A stretch of DNA of 63,983 nucleotides, counting the filler, from Asterionella formosa (lineage: Eukaryota), in NCBI GenBank assembly GCA_002256025.1. It is 7 parts of 7 records of this genome, joined end to end, with 100 filler letters (N's around TTAATTAATTAA, not from the genome) between each part and the next. Parts side by side here need not be neighbours in the genome. Positions count along the whole stretch, not along the records: positions 18,475 to 27,603 come from NKIB01011079.1; positions 27,704 to 36,829 come from NKIB01011096.1; positions 36,930 to 46,047 come from NKIB01011097.1; 4 more parts are not named here. The stretch is one strand, 5' to 3'. Shown here piece by piece: positions 25,079 to 37,242 of the stretch (its first letter is position 1; each line of letters opens with the position of its first letter). The notes under the pieces were generated by a model, which did no database searches, was not told the origin of the DNA, and was given only the letters and a program-made list of their open reading frames with translations. Made by a program: the position numbers and the translations under genes.

Positions 25079-25871
25079 ATATATCCTGCCATGATGATTA
25101 CCTTGTCTATTATCGATTCCTTGGCCGTGGCATGGGCCAAGCACTCTTTGATCGGCAACTTATGAAAGGACATTTGGTCCGTCATCTCTACAAACATCTG
25201 CTGGTCTGGCCAATGAGTATTACAAGTCTCTAAAGAAGCTCTCTAATATGGAGGATGTTTCAATGACATGTCTTGATTTCACTGCTACTGAAGAGACTCT
25301 TGGTATCCGCAAGGAGGTAGCCTAGAACTTATTCCTGGTGGTTCTATGAAAGAAGTAACAAATGAAAACATTTATAACTACTTGGAAGCTAACCCCAGCC
25401 AACTGACAGAGTCTTTGATGTCATTCCTGAGCCAGCTCTGTCTGTTTTCGATCACCAAGAGCTAGAGCTCTTACTTTGTGGTCTCCCTCACCTAGATATG
25501 GCTGATTGGGAAGCAAATACAATTTGTCTTGGTCTTTACGAAGACAAGATAGCAAGATCAATCACATTGTGAACTGGTTCTGGGAGGTGGTTGTACGAGA
25601 TGACTTTGATCAAAAAACCAAGGCTTGATTGCTGCAATTTGTCACTGGAACATCAGGGGTGCCATCCCGAGGGTTTTCTGTATTGCAAGGAAATGATGGA
25701 AATATCAAAAAGTTTGCCATTCATGGAGTGGATAGAAATTCCTGTTTTTACCCACAGGCACATACATGTTTCAATCGCCTTGACCTACCTGACAACCAGT
25801 CAAAGAAGGAGCTTGAAGAGAAACTAAGGCTGGCTGTGACCACTTCTTGCATTGGTTTTGGCTTGGAGTAG
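25079..25871 (+). pseudogene. NEDD4-like HECT E3 ligase C-terminal fragment
   Basis: YYRFLGR, ALFDRQL, LYKHLL, LLQFVTGTSGVP, catalytic AHTCFNRLDLP, terminal GFGLE; stops, frameshifts and deletions upstream. Confidence 0.88.
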
Positions 25872-26043
25872 GCAGAATGCAAACATCATAACTAGTCTCT
25901 CATCTTTTGTATGGCTGTAGTGGTTGTAAACACTATAACAAGCTGTTCATTTATGTGTAGCAACATGATTTAAATAACCAAAATAATGAGGGTTAGGTAA
26001 AGGAAGGAGCTACAATGACGATTATCCAATGACGATGAGGTGA

Positions 26044-26535
26044 CTAATTAACTTGCCAAAAAGTAATGAGAATACTGGTATTTTGCTTTTCCCCTGATGC
26101 TAGGGTTAGGGTTAGGTTGGTTGTAGTGATAACATCTTCTGCAGCAATCTGCAATTTGTTTGGGCAGTATTCACAACCAATTTCCGATGTGCTGTGCAAG
26201 CATAGAGTACTGCAAAGTATCAATCTCATTTGATATCAGATTCTTCATAGTGATTTATTTGCAGCAATTGTTGCTCTGTTGTTGTAAGTCACAGCCAAGT
26301 TCCCAAGTATTGAACAACCAGATTCTTTCACAGTAGCAATCTTTGGATGTTCTTCCATAGCAGACAAAACTGTAGTGATACCTCCTTCTTTAACAATCAT
26401 CAACTTATTATTGTCATTATTCACAACGAAGTTCTGAAGCTTCATGAGACCTTCTTCTTGCCCAGTAGCATTGACTAAAGAAATCATCATCATCATCATA
26501 GAAGGCATAATTGTTGTAATTTCTTCTATAGTCAA
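26044..26535 (-). pseudogene. Armadillo-repeat fragment
   Basis: NKLMIVKEGGITTVLSAMEEHPKIATVKESGCSILGNLA, plus a further broken repeat (GCEYCPNKLQIAAE). Confidence 0.7.
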
Positions 26536-26627
26536 GTCAAGTCAGTATTGACCTTGTGGATACACTTCTTTTTTAGATTAACAAGTCCCTCAAATTTTGT
26601 TAATAAATTATCATCATGAATTGGATT

Positions 26628-27035
26628 TCACTTGGCAAAAAGTGAAATCCAGACTTTATGGTCCTTGAGTGCCTCAGCTATGATGGCCTTGGTACCCTCA
26701 TTACCAATTGAATTACCATTGAGATATAGTGGTAGCATACTGAGATCAATTGCAGTCAAGAAGGTATAGACCGTGAGGAGGGCCTCTGCAATGGCCTTGG
26801 CATGATCAACAACAATAGATTTACCTCCAAGATAAAAAAGTGTGGTCAAGACAGCATTGACCAAGACGGCCAGCAATGCAATTTCCTTGGCGCCATCATC
26901 ACCAATTGAATTATAACTGAGACTAAGAAGTTCAGTCAAACTTGGATCATTTTCTTTCAACCATTTGACACATCTTTCCAATTCCTCTGTTACTGTTTTC
27001 CCTCCAGATGATAGTGAAACCATTGTCAATCTCAT
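26628..27035 (-). pseudogene. N-terminal cap and degenerate LRRs of the same LRR family as 1-216
   Basis: LKENDPSLTEL, YNSIGDDGAKEIA, AKAIAEALL, GNSIGNEGTKAIIAEALKD; small indels. Confidence 0.8.
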
Positions 27036-27109
27036 CTTGAATGTAAATGAAGTTGTTTATAATTTTTTTAGCAACTTGCTCCCCATCCCAGTATAAAAGT
27101 GTCCATTGT

Positions 27110-27324
27110 TTCTGACTTGGTATATAATAACCAGGTTATAAATACTGCCTCACTAAAATAATGCATAACTGTGGTTATTCGTCATCAAGTCTGACTTGGT
27201 GGCGTCAGACTTTGGACTCAAGTCCAGACTTGGAATGAATAACTAGAGGTTATTATTATATCCAAACGACGCGTCAGACTTCATTTTTTGTGGCAAGTCT
27301 GGACGTGTTAAAATAACCAACCCT
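27110..27324. repeat. Palindrome-rich repeat, probable MITE end
   Basis: Repeated AAGTCTGAC/GTCAGACTT motifs in both orientations, bracketed by GGTTATT/AATAACC. Confidence 0.45.
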
Positions 27325-27603
27325 CACCTCTCTTTTATATCATGTACAGTTATGACGCATAATTATCGGTATGTTATGTACATATATGGAGTATATAGCA
27401 ATAGGTACCCTGGTACCTGGTACCAGGTAGTACCAGTATTTTGTTGTTGGACAGAAAATTATACCCGTAGTGACAGCTAGTGCACTAGCAATCAAGTAGC
27501 ACCGTTTACACAGGCAGTGATCATGAATGTTTGTAATTTCGCTGTTATCATCATCTTGTTACAACCAAAACCAAACTCTCGTTCTTCTTTGCCTGTCTCA
27601 TCC

Positions 27604-27703
27604 NNNNNNNNNNNNNNNNNNNNNNNNNNNNNNNNNNNNNNNNNNNNTTAATTAATTAANNNNNNNNNNNNNNNNNNNNNNNNNNNNNNNNNNNNNNNNN
27701 NNN
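27604..27703. other. Artificial scaffold spacer
   Basis: N44-TTAATTAATTAA-N44. Confidence 0.98.
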
Positions 27704-28292
27704 CTGTACCTGGTAGCATGAATTACGACACCACAAATATCCTTACTATTTCACAAAGGAAGATGCATGTCGTAAATGAATTAGCCACGAGAGCAGGGTC
27801 TTAGTTGAACTTTGAAATGAATTATTTGAAACATCAACTAATTCAGTCTCGAGCTCAAAGTTTTTTGTGAAATCTTAAAAGTAACCTTTTCTCCGGGAAG
27901 AGTGGCATTAATTCATGTGAAGTACCACATAATTAACACTCCTACGTAGAACGAATTTCGGGCGGGCTGAAACCAAAAAAGTGCGCAGAATGCGCAATTA
28001 TCGCACCGTCAAGGGTGTTTTATTTGATATCATATTTATTCTATACATACCACCGGTATAGTACAGTTCAGTTCCGGTAAGCGCTGGAAGGTCCGGTAAC
28101 CAGCGTTTCCCATGCAGCTCATGGGGCTGTCAAGAGAAGTTTGAATTAGAATGTGTGATGATATCAGCGACAATAGCAAAGGGCCAATACTTCAAAATCA
28201 GCAGTTACCATTTCATTGAACATCAGCCAGCATCATCGGCTGGTGGTGCTCTTGGTCCTACTATGGTTTGGAATCTCTACTTCAATATGGCT

Positions 28293-29012
28293 TTATTTTG
28301 ACCTAATGGGCTCATCTGTATTCCATTGTCCATCATGTCGCACACGCCCATCAGGATATGTTTCAACACCTTGTCCATGAGCCATTCCTGTCTTCCATTC
28401 ACCCTTGTAGGTACGTCCATCTTCCCAACGACATTCCCCAAATCCATCATACCGACCATCGACCCAAGATCCCACATAGTATCCTCCATCAGAAAAGGTA
28501 TATCGACCATGCCCTTCACGTTGACCCTGAACGAAATCCCCTTGATAAGTTGCTCCATCAGGCCACTTAAAGGTCCCCTTACCATGTCGCTTGTCTTCAC
28601 TAAACGAGCCATCATAGAAACGTCCATCTGACCAACAATAAACTCCCCTTCCATGACGTTGATCAGATCTATACTCTCCTTCATATGAATCACCGTTCGA
28701 GAAGGTAGCGCTCCCATGTCCATCCCATCGTCCATGCCTCCAATCTCCTTCATATGTGCGGCCATCATCTTCATAGACCATGCGCCCGACACCATGCGGC
28801 ATTCCTGTTGATCGCAAGACGAGACCTGAAAATTTTCCTCTGTCTCCATATGGGTCCAACAACGTTTGGGCCAATACCCTTTGGCAGTCTTGTGCAGCAA
28901 TCGGGGACGACATGGAAGTGGTTGGAATTTGGGTTGAAGGCTGAGACTCTGTTGCTGGCAAAGAACGAGGCGGCCCTTGGGAAGGATCGTATGAAGGTGC
29001 GTAATTCGTCAT
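28293..29012 (-). CDS. MORN-repeat protein
   Basis: About seven 23-aa repeats of type YEGxWxxGxxHGxGxxxxxDG after a low-complexity N-terminus. Confidence 0.92.
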   Translation of the reverse strand: MTNYAPSYDPSQGPPRSLPATESQPSTQIPTTSMSSPIAAQDCQRVLAQTLLDPYGDRGKFSGLVLRSTGMPHGVGRMVYEDDGRTYEGDWRHGRWDGHGSATFSNGDSYEGEYRSDQRHGRGVYCWSDGRFYDGSFSEDKRHGKGTFKWPDGATYQGDFVQGQREGHGRYTFSDGGYYVGSWVDGRYDGFGECRWEDGRTYKGEWKTGMAHGQGVETYPDGRVRHDGQWNTDEPIRSK

Positions 29013-29474
29013 GTTTGCTTTGTTATTCTTTGTTGATTTGGTTGTTGTATCGCATGTATAAAATATATAATGAAACGCCTTTTTCTTTGTTGTGTGGTAA
29101 TGTTTGTAATTTTTGTTGAGTCTTGCCCATTACCGTTTCTCTATCACCTGATATGATGTCGTTGAATTCTACTACCGGTACATGCATGGTCCAAATTCAT
29201 TTACCGGTAGTCATACTGAGTAGAAGTCATACCGGAACTTTTATCCAACATAATAACAATATTATGTTCTATGTATGCACTACATTCGTTCGTTACATAC
29301 TATGTAAGTACCGATAATGCATGGTTATGAAAGGGCTTTTGTTGCGTATTTTATCTATATATTTATCGAAAAATATTATTCCATAAACCTCGGTCTATTT
29401 TTAATGAATAATTATTAAATAGATTCTACATGAACTTTCGTACCGGGTGAACTGTATAAATAGATAGAATACTC

Positions 29475-30010
29475 AATGCTCATCCTTTTGTACAAGAAGA
29501 GGCTAAAGAAGAAGAGCTGAAAGCCACTGCTTTGGAGGATTCGGCAGCGATGATGCTCCCTCATCAAGATGCCAAGAAAAAGTCTGTTGGATCTAGCAAA
29601 GAAATACCGTTCTTTGCAGAGGAGCCAAAAGTGGTTTACCTAGTAGACCAGAAAGACAACACTTATATTGCAGAAGATACTTGCAGTTGTTGTGCCTCAA
29701 GATCACATTCAGACAACGATTCTTCTGACTGTCCTTTTAGCTCCTGTGGTATTTTCTACAGCTCCACCTCGACAAGTTGTGGCAGCACAAGCACTGCAAC
29801 AAGCACAACCTGGCAAATTTCCAGTATAGGGACCAGTCTGGATTCATTCCACACCATGAGCGATGATTCCGTTTTGCATGTCGACCCTGCTCTCGCTAAT
29901 ACCAGCAACGAGGTTCAGGATAAACATGGCCAGCTGGAACCTGCAACACTATTCAATGCTGTTCTTAGTTATCGATGATCCTGAAATTGCAAGTACCTCA
30001 AATATTGGAT
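29475..30010 (+). pseudogene. Truncated paralogue of the N-terminal cytoplasmic region of the LRR gene at 34559
   Basis: EEAKEEEL...MLPHQDAKKKSVGSSK and DDSVLHVDPALANTSNEVQDKHGQ match EEAKEEEM...MLPQDAKKKYVVGSSK and DDSFLHVDTALASTNNVRDDHGQ; no TM or LRR follows. Confidence 0.75.
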
Positions 30011-31799
30011 CATGGCTGGCCTGATGTGAGAAGTGGCCTAACAGATCATCGTCAATCAATGACCACATTGAAACCGCACAGATGCGACTAGTCTGCAGCA
30101 AACCGGTATTCACCTCATGCAGTGATGAGTTGTATTTCAGTTTTACCAGACACTTCTTAATTTATGTAGGTCAGATATGAATAGTAGGCTACATACGATA
30201 AAATCTACATACGAGTGTACCACAGGACGGAATCCAGAATCCGTTCGTATGCCATCCTTGATGTCGAAATCGGCAGAACGGCCTGATAAATAATATTTTT
30301 TTATATTTCTAAATCACATATCTACCATATATATATTATGTTCAAGGAGCATGGTGATGAGGTACCAGGGTACCACATTACCTGCAACTTGGTACATTAG
30401 AGTACCAGGGGACCTGTGTAGATATAATATCAGGGGTAACTTACCACGATTGATGTTACATTGTGGACCTCATCATCTTTGCTGGCTTCCATGAAAAGCA
30501 GGCCAACAGAGGGAAAGCGACAGTACCGCCCAACAAGGTTGTCATGTCAACTCAGGGTCAATCTTTGGGAAGCTAAGCAATGCAACAAATGGAATCAGCA
30601 TCAATGGATCTGATGCTGCTCAGCCAGCTTGCAGTTCACTTGGAATATTTTTTGTAGTGTGATATACAGAAATATAGAGTGTATAAACTGCAAACTGCAA
30701 ACTGCAAACTGCAATTTTTGAAAGCACAAAATCGGTTGGATGAACATGAACTGCAATCATCAAAGCGCAACTTGAATGACACTCTAAGAATAAGTCAAAT
30801 GATGAAGAACCGACAACCAGAAGAAATTGCACAGATCATGGATGCTTTGGAGAATGAAAGAGAAGATGAAACAGAAAGCAACAGCAAAGATGAGAATGAC
30901 AGATATCAACCTGATTATGACAATAGTTTCGACTTGTTGCAGTCATTAGAAGGGGCAATTGGGGAGGTGACTGGTTAGTTCCCCTTGTAAGTGAGGAATT
31001 TGATCTTGTTCAAGTCTTCTATTGACGAATAGTACTATGAAGGGCATGAATTGCCCTCAATTCTATGTTCTCTTAAAAAAGTGCGAGACAAGAAACAAAA
31101 AGAGGAGTTTGATTGTATTACAGAATCTGCTGTTTGTTGTGTTCTGTTGTCAGAACCAGAAGATGGAGTGTTTTATGAAAAAGAAGTATTCATTTTTTGA
31201 TGAAGGTGAGGAGGCTTACAAATTGAAGCCTTTGTATCTTTTGGGGTTAGTAGGCTATCGCATTTTCTTTTGGAAGGACATTGAGAAATGATGATGCATG
31301 TGGTCATAGTCGGATTTTTGAGCTCATTGTGATGAATCGATTTTCACTCAATGTAAATGTTACTTTGAAGAGCGAGTTTTTTTGTCTTTGGACAAATACA
31401 ATCTCATTGCAACCTTTCCCTCAAATGAGTTACCAAAATTGAAAATCATGGCAACAGATGTAATGTATGTAATCCAAAACTTTTCAATTTTCCTGAAATC
31501 AACATGATCTGGAAGTCTGGTCAAACAGTGGCTGTGTGGTATGTGTAGCAGCCATCACAGCAGTGTCACGAAGCCAACTGAGTTTCATGTGGCAAACAAA
31601 ATATTGGTGGTTTTTATGAAGGCTATGTAGGCTAGGATTTAATTAAGGGTTTATCAAAAAAGGGGGACAAAATATCGAAAAAGGTTGACGAAATATCTTT
31701 TTCCAATATATATTTTGTGATATATTGTTGCTATAATTCCAACATGAAGGTGTACTCACCTCCGGGCTACATACATTCATTTACTATTTAAAAAATTTC

Positions 31800-32950
31800 T
31801 AGTACACAGCCAACGGCTGAATTCCCGTGCTGCAGCCGCTTTTCCTCCCCTCCCCAATGGTGCTTTCCGCCGCCGTGCCAAAATCATCGCTCTGTTGGCG
31901 CTGGACAACCCCAACAACTTGGCACATACTTCAAGCGCCAAGCAATCACCTTCCCTTCCCCGACTCCCCCAACGACTACTCTCTCTCCAACACTCCTCAC
32001 AGCACCAAGAAACGTCCATCCAATGCGGCTCCCCTGATTGTTGCTGCACTCTGTCCTTTATTTACCACCATATTCTGAAAAGATAAACATCTGACAATGG
32101 ATCAACCAATCCCCCCACTTCTACCCAAACCCTTCAACATCTAATCAGACTCAACAATTTTGCATAACTACTTTGCGGCGGGCGCACTCTCGACAACCGC
32201 ATTGTCAAGGGTCAAACTCACATAAGATCTACTATTCTTAATTGGATAGCTCTTTCTCATCCCACATTGACCAGTTGTTTGATCAGTTCAACAGCAAACT
32301 ACTACCCACTGATTGCGGCTGGCTTCTTTAGTCCTCTGCTCGAATGAAACAGACGGAATGTCAATCCCAATTGCAATACCTCTCACTTGACATAAATGAG
32401 TTTGCGGCCTTGTTTCTCTATCCCATGTATTTCCCACCTCCTTTGATACAATGGGGAATGCTCTCCTGAGTCTCCCTGAACCCCCCCCCTCCCCATCCAG
32501 GCACAAATTATCTTCTCTGGAGCATAGAAACTAACACATACAACCCATTGCCATTTTACTTTTGTACCCACTTAAGCAACATCAGCTACGTCCATACTCC
32601 CTCTCCTAATAATACAATATCCCTCTCTCCAACCATTGGATTTCTGGCACCACACTACCCTAGCTACCCTACCCTCCAACCCATTTCCGCTAGCATTGAA
32701 AAACTAATATCATCCTCCAATACCCAAATGTTTTCTCTCCTTCACTTTACCCCTTTTGGCCACCCCCTCTTACTTGACCTTCCAGCACCATTGCCTCCCA
32801 ACCAAGCTGAACTTCCAAGTCCAGTTGCAGTATCTCTTCCCACTGTCCCACTCGAAATCAGTCCTCCAGCAACTATAATGCATGCCCTTCTTTGTCCTTG
32901 ACCCCACCACATAACCATTCAAACCAGTGGGAGGACGGCGCTCTATCATT
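31800..32950 (+). mobile_element. Possible highly degenerate non-LTR retrotransposon remnant
   Basis: C-rich broken coding sequence. LLPK...GGRTLDNRIVKGQTHI weakly resembles the post-RT region seen at 58150-58260. Confidence 0.35.
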
Positions 32951-33229
32951 TTCGAGCCCAACTCTATCCATCTCAGCGTCAGCCCAACCCCAATTACTGA
33001 TAGATATAACATCATATTTTATGTTTCTACAGTCCTAGGTTGACCAATTGCCAGCCACATAGAATCCTCCATTACAATGACTCTGCACAATGTCTACAAG
33101 TAGAAAACATCTTATTCATGTGACGCATGTTATAATGACAATCATATGATCATATCAATTACATTTATCATCTAATATGTGTAAAAATTATTGTCATGAG
33201 AATATCATTAGTATAAATATATCGTTATG

Positions 33230-33346
33230 TTTACCATCACTGGCTGCAACCATCAGCAACCATGATTAAATCTGAATTTGAATCATTCACTTTACCATCA
33301 CTGGCTGTAACCATCAGCAACCATTAAATCTTCATTTGAATCATGC
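33230..33346. repeat. About 61-bp tandem duplication
   Basis: TTTACCATCACTGGCTG(C/T)AACCATCAGCAACCAT...TTTGAATCAT occurs twice. Confidence 0.85.
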
Positions 33347-34558
33347 ATGTTCTTGCAGTAGTAGGACAGTCGCACATGGGTATATGTACATGTCTGTACT
33401 ATAGTATTGTTGAGAATATATGTATGACTCTCAGTTTTTAGGTGGTACCATACAACCGGTATCCTCATTCATTGCTTGCTTGATTCTTCAATAGCAGGCA
33501 CATGCAACAATGAACTATACCTGTATGAATACTACATATCGATGTCGGAAATGTTGAAAGCATCGCAATGGTTCCGTTCAAATTATTTGAAAAGAGCAAA
33601 TGAAATTCGCGCCAATGAATAGACATACAGGTACATATCTAAATCTGATACTGGGTATGCTACTTGGTACACATAGCTTTGTTGTATACCTTTAATACTG
33701 GGAGTCTACCTGTATGGTACCGATATTGTGCAAATATACATTCTTTACTAGACAGTACAATACAATGTGTATTATACTGGTTCTGTGTACGCAATCTATA
33801 AAAGAAAATAACTTCGTCCAGCATACCGGTACTCCTACCGGTATATATGGTACTCAGACTACCCGGTAGTCTACAGTTTTGTATGGTTTATGTTACATAA
33901 AGTATGCATGTGTGGACAAATGTTCGCAAAACCGGTAGTATATTCGGACTTTCCCGGAACTCCCGGCCAGCTCAACCATTCCTCACAGATGTTGTTAATG
34001 CATGATGGCAAGGAGTGTAATTAATACATAGCTACATAGCTTGTAATTTCTCAAAATGTCCTCATCAGTCATGTAACGTTTTCACACAAGATCCATTCGG
34101 TACTGGTATTTTCTTAATTATTTAAAAAAAAGCATGTGTGACTAACAATATTGTTCCATATCATGTATACACAAAAGTCCTTTCATCTCTCTCTATATTT
34201 ATTACTTAGATGATATCATGGTGATGACTAGAAATAAAGCAATTTAGAGCTTTCATGTAGAACTCAACGACATCAGTTGGTATAGAAATTATTTCCGGTA
34301 GACTACCGGTAGTACGGAACCATGAGTCAAGAATTACAAACACGAGCGACATCATACTACGACACACACGCAAATGAATCATACTTTTACATATGACTAA
34401 AGGTACATACATATAAGCCCTTTCTTTCATCATTCACCTAATCGATACCGTTAGTTCAATCGTATATACAAACGATCATCATCATACTTTATGATTATAA
34501 ATTGTGTTTTCTCGTCGCTCGTCCTCTTTTTGATATCGTTCACAACAAGACCGCCAGC

Positions 34559-35797
34559 ATGTCATCAAGCAACTACAATACTAACAAGAAGAATGATCAT
34601 GGTGCTAGCCTCTATGCTCATCAGTTTGCAGAAGAAGCAAAGGAGGAAGAGATGGAAGCCATTGCAGGAGCAATGCTCCCTCAAGATGCCAAGAAAAAGT
34701 ATGTCGTTGGATCCAGCAAAGTGGAGTACCAAAAGAAGAAAGCCGCAGTTATCATGCCTCCTCAAGATGACAACCATTCGTCTAATATTGTTGTTCCAGC
34801 AGTCTCATCATCAACAGCAGCAGCTCCACCTCGAGATGTTGTGGCAGCACCATCACAACAACACGTTCGTCCTGGCGCTTTTGTAGTCAGAGGATCAGGA
34901 TTCATTCCACAGGATGACTCCTTCCTGCATGTCGACACTGCTCTCGCTAGCACTAACAACGTTCGGGATGATCATGGTCAGCCGGAACTCACAGCTGTTC
35001 TTGTGGAAATCCCTGAGATTCCAAGTGCGTCTATTGTTGATCATAAAGCAGAAGGAAAAGCCCAGTGTCGGCGTCAAGTGAGAAATACCTTGGTGGCAAC
35101 TGGCATCTTAGTTTCCATCATTGCTATTGTCACATGGCAGCTGCTCAAACAACGGCCAGACCCACCTTCTACATCATCACCTACAACATCGCCTATGTCA
35201 CCACCTGCAACTCCATTGTTTAATTTCTTGGCTGGATATTCATCTGATAATGGAACAGCACTTTCAACTATTGGCTCCTCACAACAATTGGCAATGTCAT
35301 GGTTGGAGAAGTCAAAACTAGATAATAGTCCAAGAGACTATACTTTGTTGCAATTCTATGCTTTGGCAGTGTTTAATTATGCGACTGGTGATACCCTTTC
35401 AAAAATTTCAAGCGATACATGGTTGAAAGATAATGGAACTGCTTCTCAATACAACTTTTGTGGTTGGAAGAACATTGATTGCGAAGGAGGGAAAGATATC
35501 ACTGGTTTGGAACCTTTGTCTTCTCAACTTGTTGGATCCTTTCCGCCCGAGATTGGGCTCTTGACAAGTCTCACTTCTCTATATTTGTATGGCAATTCTT
35601 TTACTGGCACACTTCCCACAGAGATTGGAAACTTGACAAGTCTCACTGCCATTACTCTGCAGAACAATAAATTCACAGGTTCAGTGCCAGCTGAGATATG
35701 GCCTGGACTTAACGCAAGTGTCATGATACTAGGATTGAGTAACAATTCATTCAATGGTTCACTTCCCCTAGAAAAAGGGGACACCTACTACTACTAA
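34559..35797 (+). CDS. Type II transmembrane LRR receptor-like protein (diatom-type)
   Basis: PGAF motif, TM helix, PTTSP stalk, SSQQLAMSWL, LLQFYALAVFNYATG, CGWKNIDC cap, and 24-aa LRRs (LTSLTSLYLYGNSFTGTLPTEIG). The LRR array is short, so the gene may be 3'-truncated. Confidence 0.85.
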   Translation: MSSSNYNTNKKNDHGASLYAHQFAEEAKEEEMEAIAGAMLPQDAKKKYVVGSSKVEYQKKKAAVIMPPQDDNHSSNIVVPAVSSSTAAAPPRDVVAAPSQQHVRPGAFVVRGSGFIPQDDSFLHVDTALASTNNVRDDHGQPELTAVLVEIPEIPSASIVDHKAEGKAQCRRQVRNTLVATGILVSIIAIVTWQLLKQRPDPPSTSSPTTSPMSPPATPLFNFLAGYSSDNGTALSTIGSSQQLAMSWLEKSKLDNSPRDYTLLQFYALAVFNYATGDTLSKISSDTWLKDNGTASQYNFCGWKNIDCEGGKDITGLEPLSSQLVGSFPPEIGLLTSLTSLYLYGNSFTGTLPTEIGNLTSLTAITLQNNKFTGSVPAEIWPGLNASVMILGLSNNSFNGSLPLEKGDTYYY

Positions 35798-36092
35798 TAG
35801 TGGCACATGTGTGATGAACAGAATTAAACAATTGACGTATCATGACATTACCATATTAGGATTCATGTTTACTTGCGTGACTTTTTTGACTATGAATATA
35901 TACATAAAAACATTCATTTTATGCATAATAATATGGTGAGTTAAAAGCATGAACATAAATAAACAACTCATAGTTAACAAACAAATGTACAGCTACGCCG
36001 GAGAACACTACAATACCATTACGGTAGACGCGTACATACATACCAGTCCATATGCATTAGAATATTCGTCAACAACCACACACCAAAACTGG

Positions 36093-36227
36093 TAGGGTTA
36101 GGGAAAAGGGACGACGCCTCTAGGCGTCATCCCTATAGAGCATCCAGCCCTTCTAGGGCTGGGCATGTAACTGTAGCACAGAGTATGACTAATCCTATAC
36201 CGGTAGATGGAAACTGGTATGAGAATG
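36093..36227. repeat. Second copy of the TTAGGG-headed double-hairpin repeat
   Basis: Identical to about 4705-4833 apart from a CCGGTA insertion at 36200-36205. Confidence 0.85.
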
Positions 36228-36369
36228 AATGTGTTAGTACCGGTTGTTTATTTTTTGCTATCAATATGTGGAAGTTCACTGTGTGGTACTTACCAGAGTG
36301 ATGGTCATGTAAGAATGTTATACATTATAATGTTATGCATATCTCTTAAGGTAATTCAACTATTGATAA

Positions 36370-36450
36370 AAGATTTCTCAACCAAGTGATGTTTATTAAT
36401 ATTTTCAACTGCAATTGGCTTTGGTATTTGGTCAATGCGGTGGCGATACT
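36370..36450 (-). mobile_element. Harbinger terminal fragment
   Basis: Inverted homology to 11054-11130 (CCGCAT(C/T)GACCAAATACCAAAGCCAATTGCA). Confidence 0.65.
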
Positions 36451-36464
36451 GCTACAAAAGATGA

Positions 36465-36829
36465 CTCACAGATATCGTCTTGTCTGACTGGATGAGCGTT
36501 GCAATACACTCAGATGCTCAGTCCCAACATAACAGTCTCAACAAGAAAGTCATAGTGATGTGGCTGGAAGATTACCTTCTTCATGATATCTCTGAGAGTC
36601 AATAACAGTGGCTGGATGCCATGATATTACTCAATAAAACATTTCAACATGTTTATAATCGACTTTGCTGCCTGTCTCAAGACCTTAAAGATGCTCCTAA
36701 AACTCATGATAACTCATCCAGAAGATCAAGAGGTTTCCGCCAAGGAAGATTTGAGGTTGATTGTCATTTTGCTTGATCGACAATGCGTGGCAACAAGTGT
36801 TTGAGTGGAACAATGAAAAGAACAAAAAA
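36465..36829 (+). mobile_element. Gypsy gag fragment related to 19850-20175
   Basis: DFAACLKTLKMLLKLMITHPEDQ...AWQQVFEWN aligns to DFGACIKTLNRLLQLMPHPEDQ...EWQQEFELN. Confidence 0.7.
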
Positions 36830-36929
36830 NNNNNNNNNNNNNNNNNNNNNNNNNNNNNNNNNNNNNNNNNNNNTTAATTAATTAANNNNNNNNNNNNNNN
36901 NNNNNNNNNNNNNNNNNNNNNNNNNNNNN
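36830..36929. other. Artificial scaffold spacer
   Basis: N44-TTAATTAATTAA-N44. Confidence 0.98.
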
Positions 36930-37242
36930 CGTTTCTTTTAAAACTATATTTAGGTTTTCACACTACATTTTGCCAACATTGGTGCAAAAATGGAGCGAAA
37001 TGGACAAATATTTCTTAAAAATGATGAGGGGACAAACCTTATCTTTTCCACAGTTGCTGCTGTGTAAAACACGACAACCCCGATTTTATTAATAATATAC
37101 ACGGTACATAACGGTATTTATGTTTCTACGGTTGCATGCATATGACAGTACATCAAAAAATCGCAAGGGACATGGACGGTGACTGCTATCGTGAGCCATA
37201 CGATATAAACCCAACCATGATGTTGCAATCAAAGGAGCAACT

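Noticed and set aside
28277..28900. 207-aa alternative-frame ORF overlapping the MORN gene
   Set aside because: A shadow frame of the repetitive MORN coding sequence.
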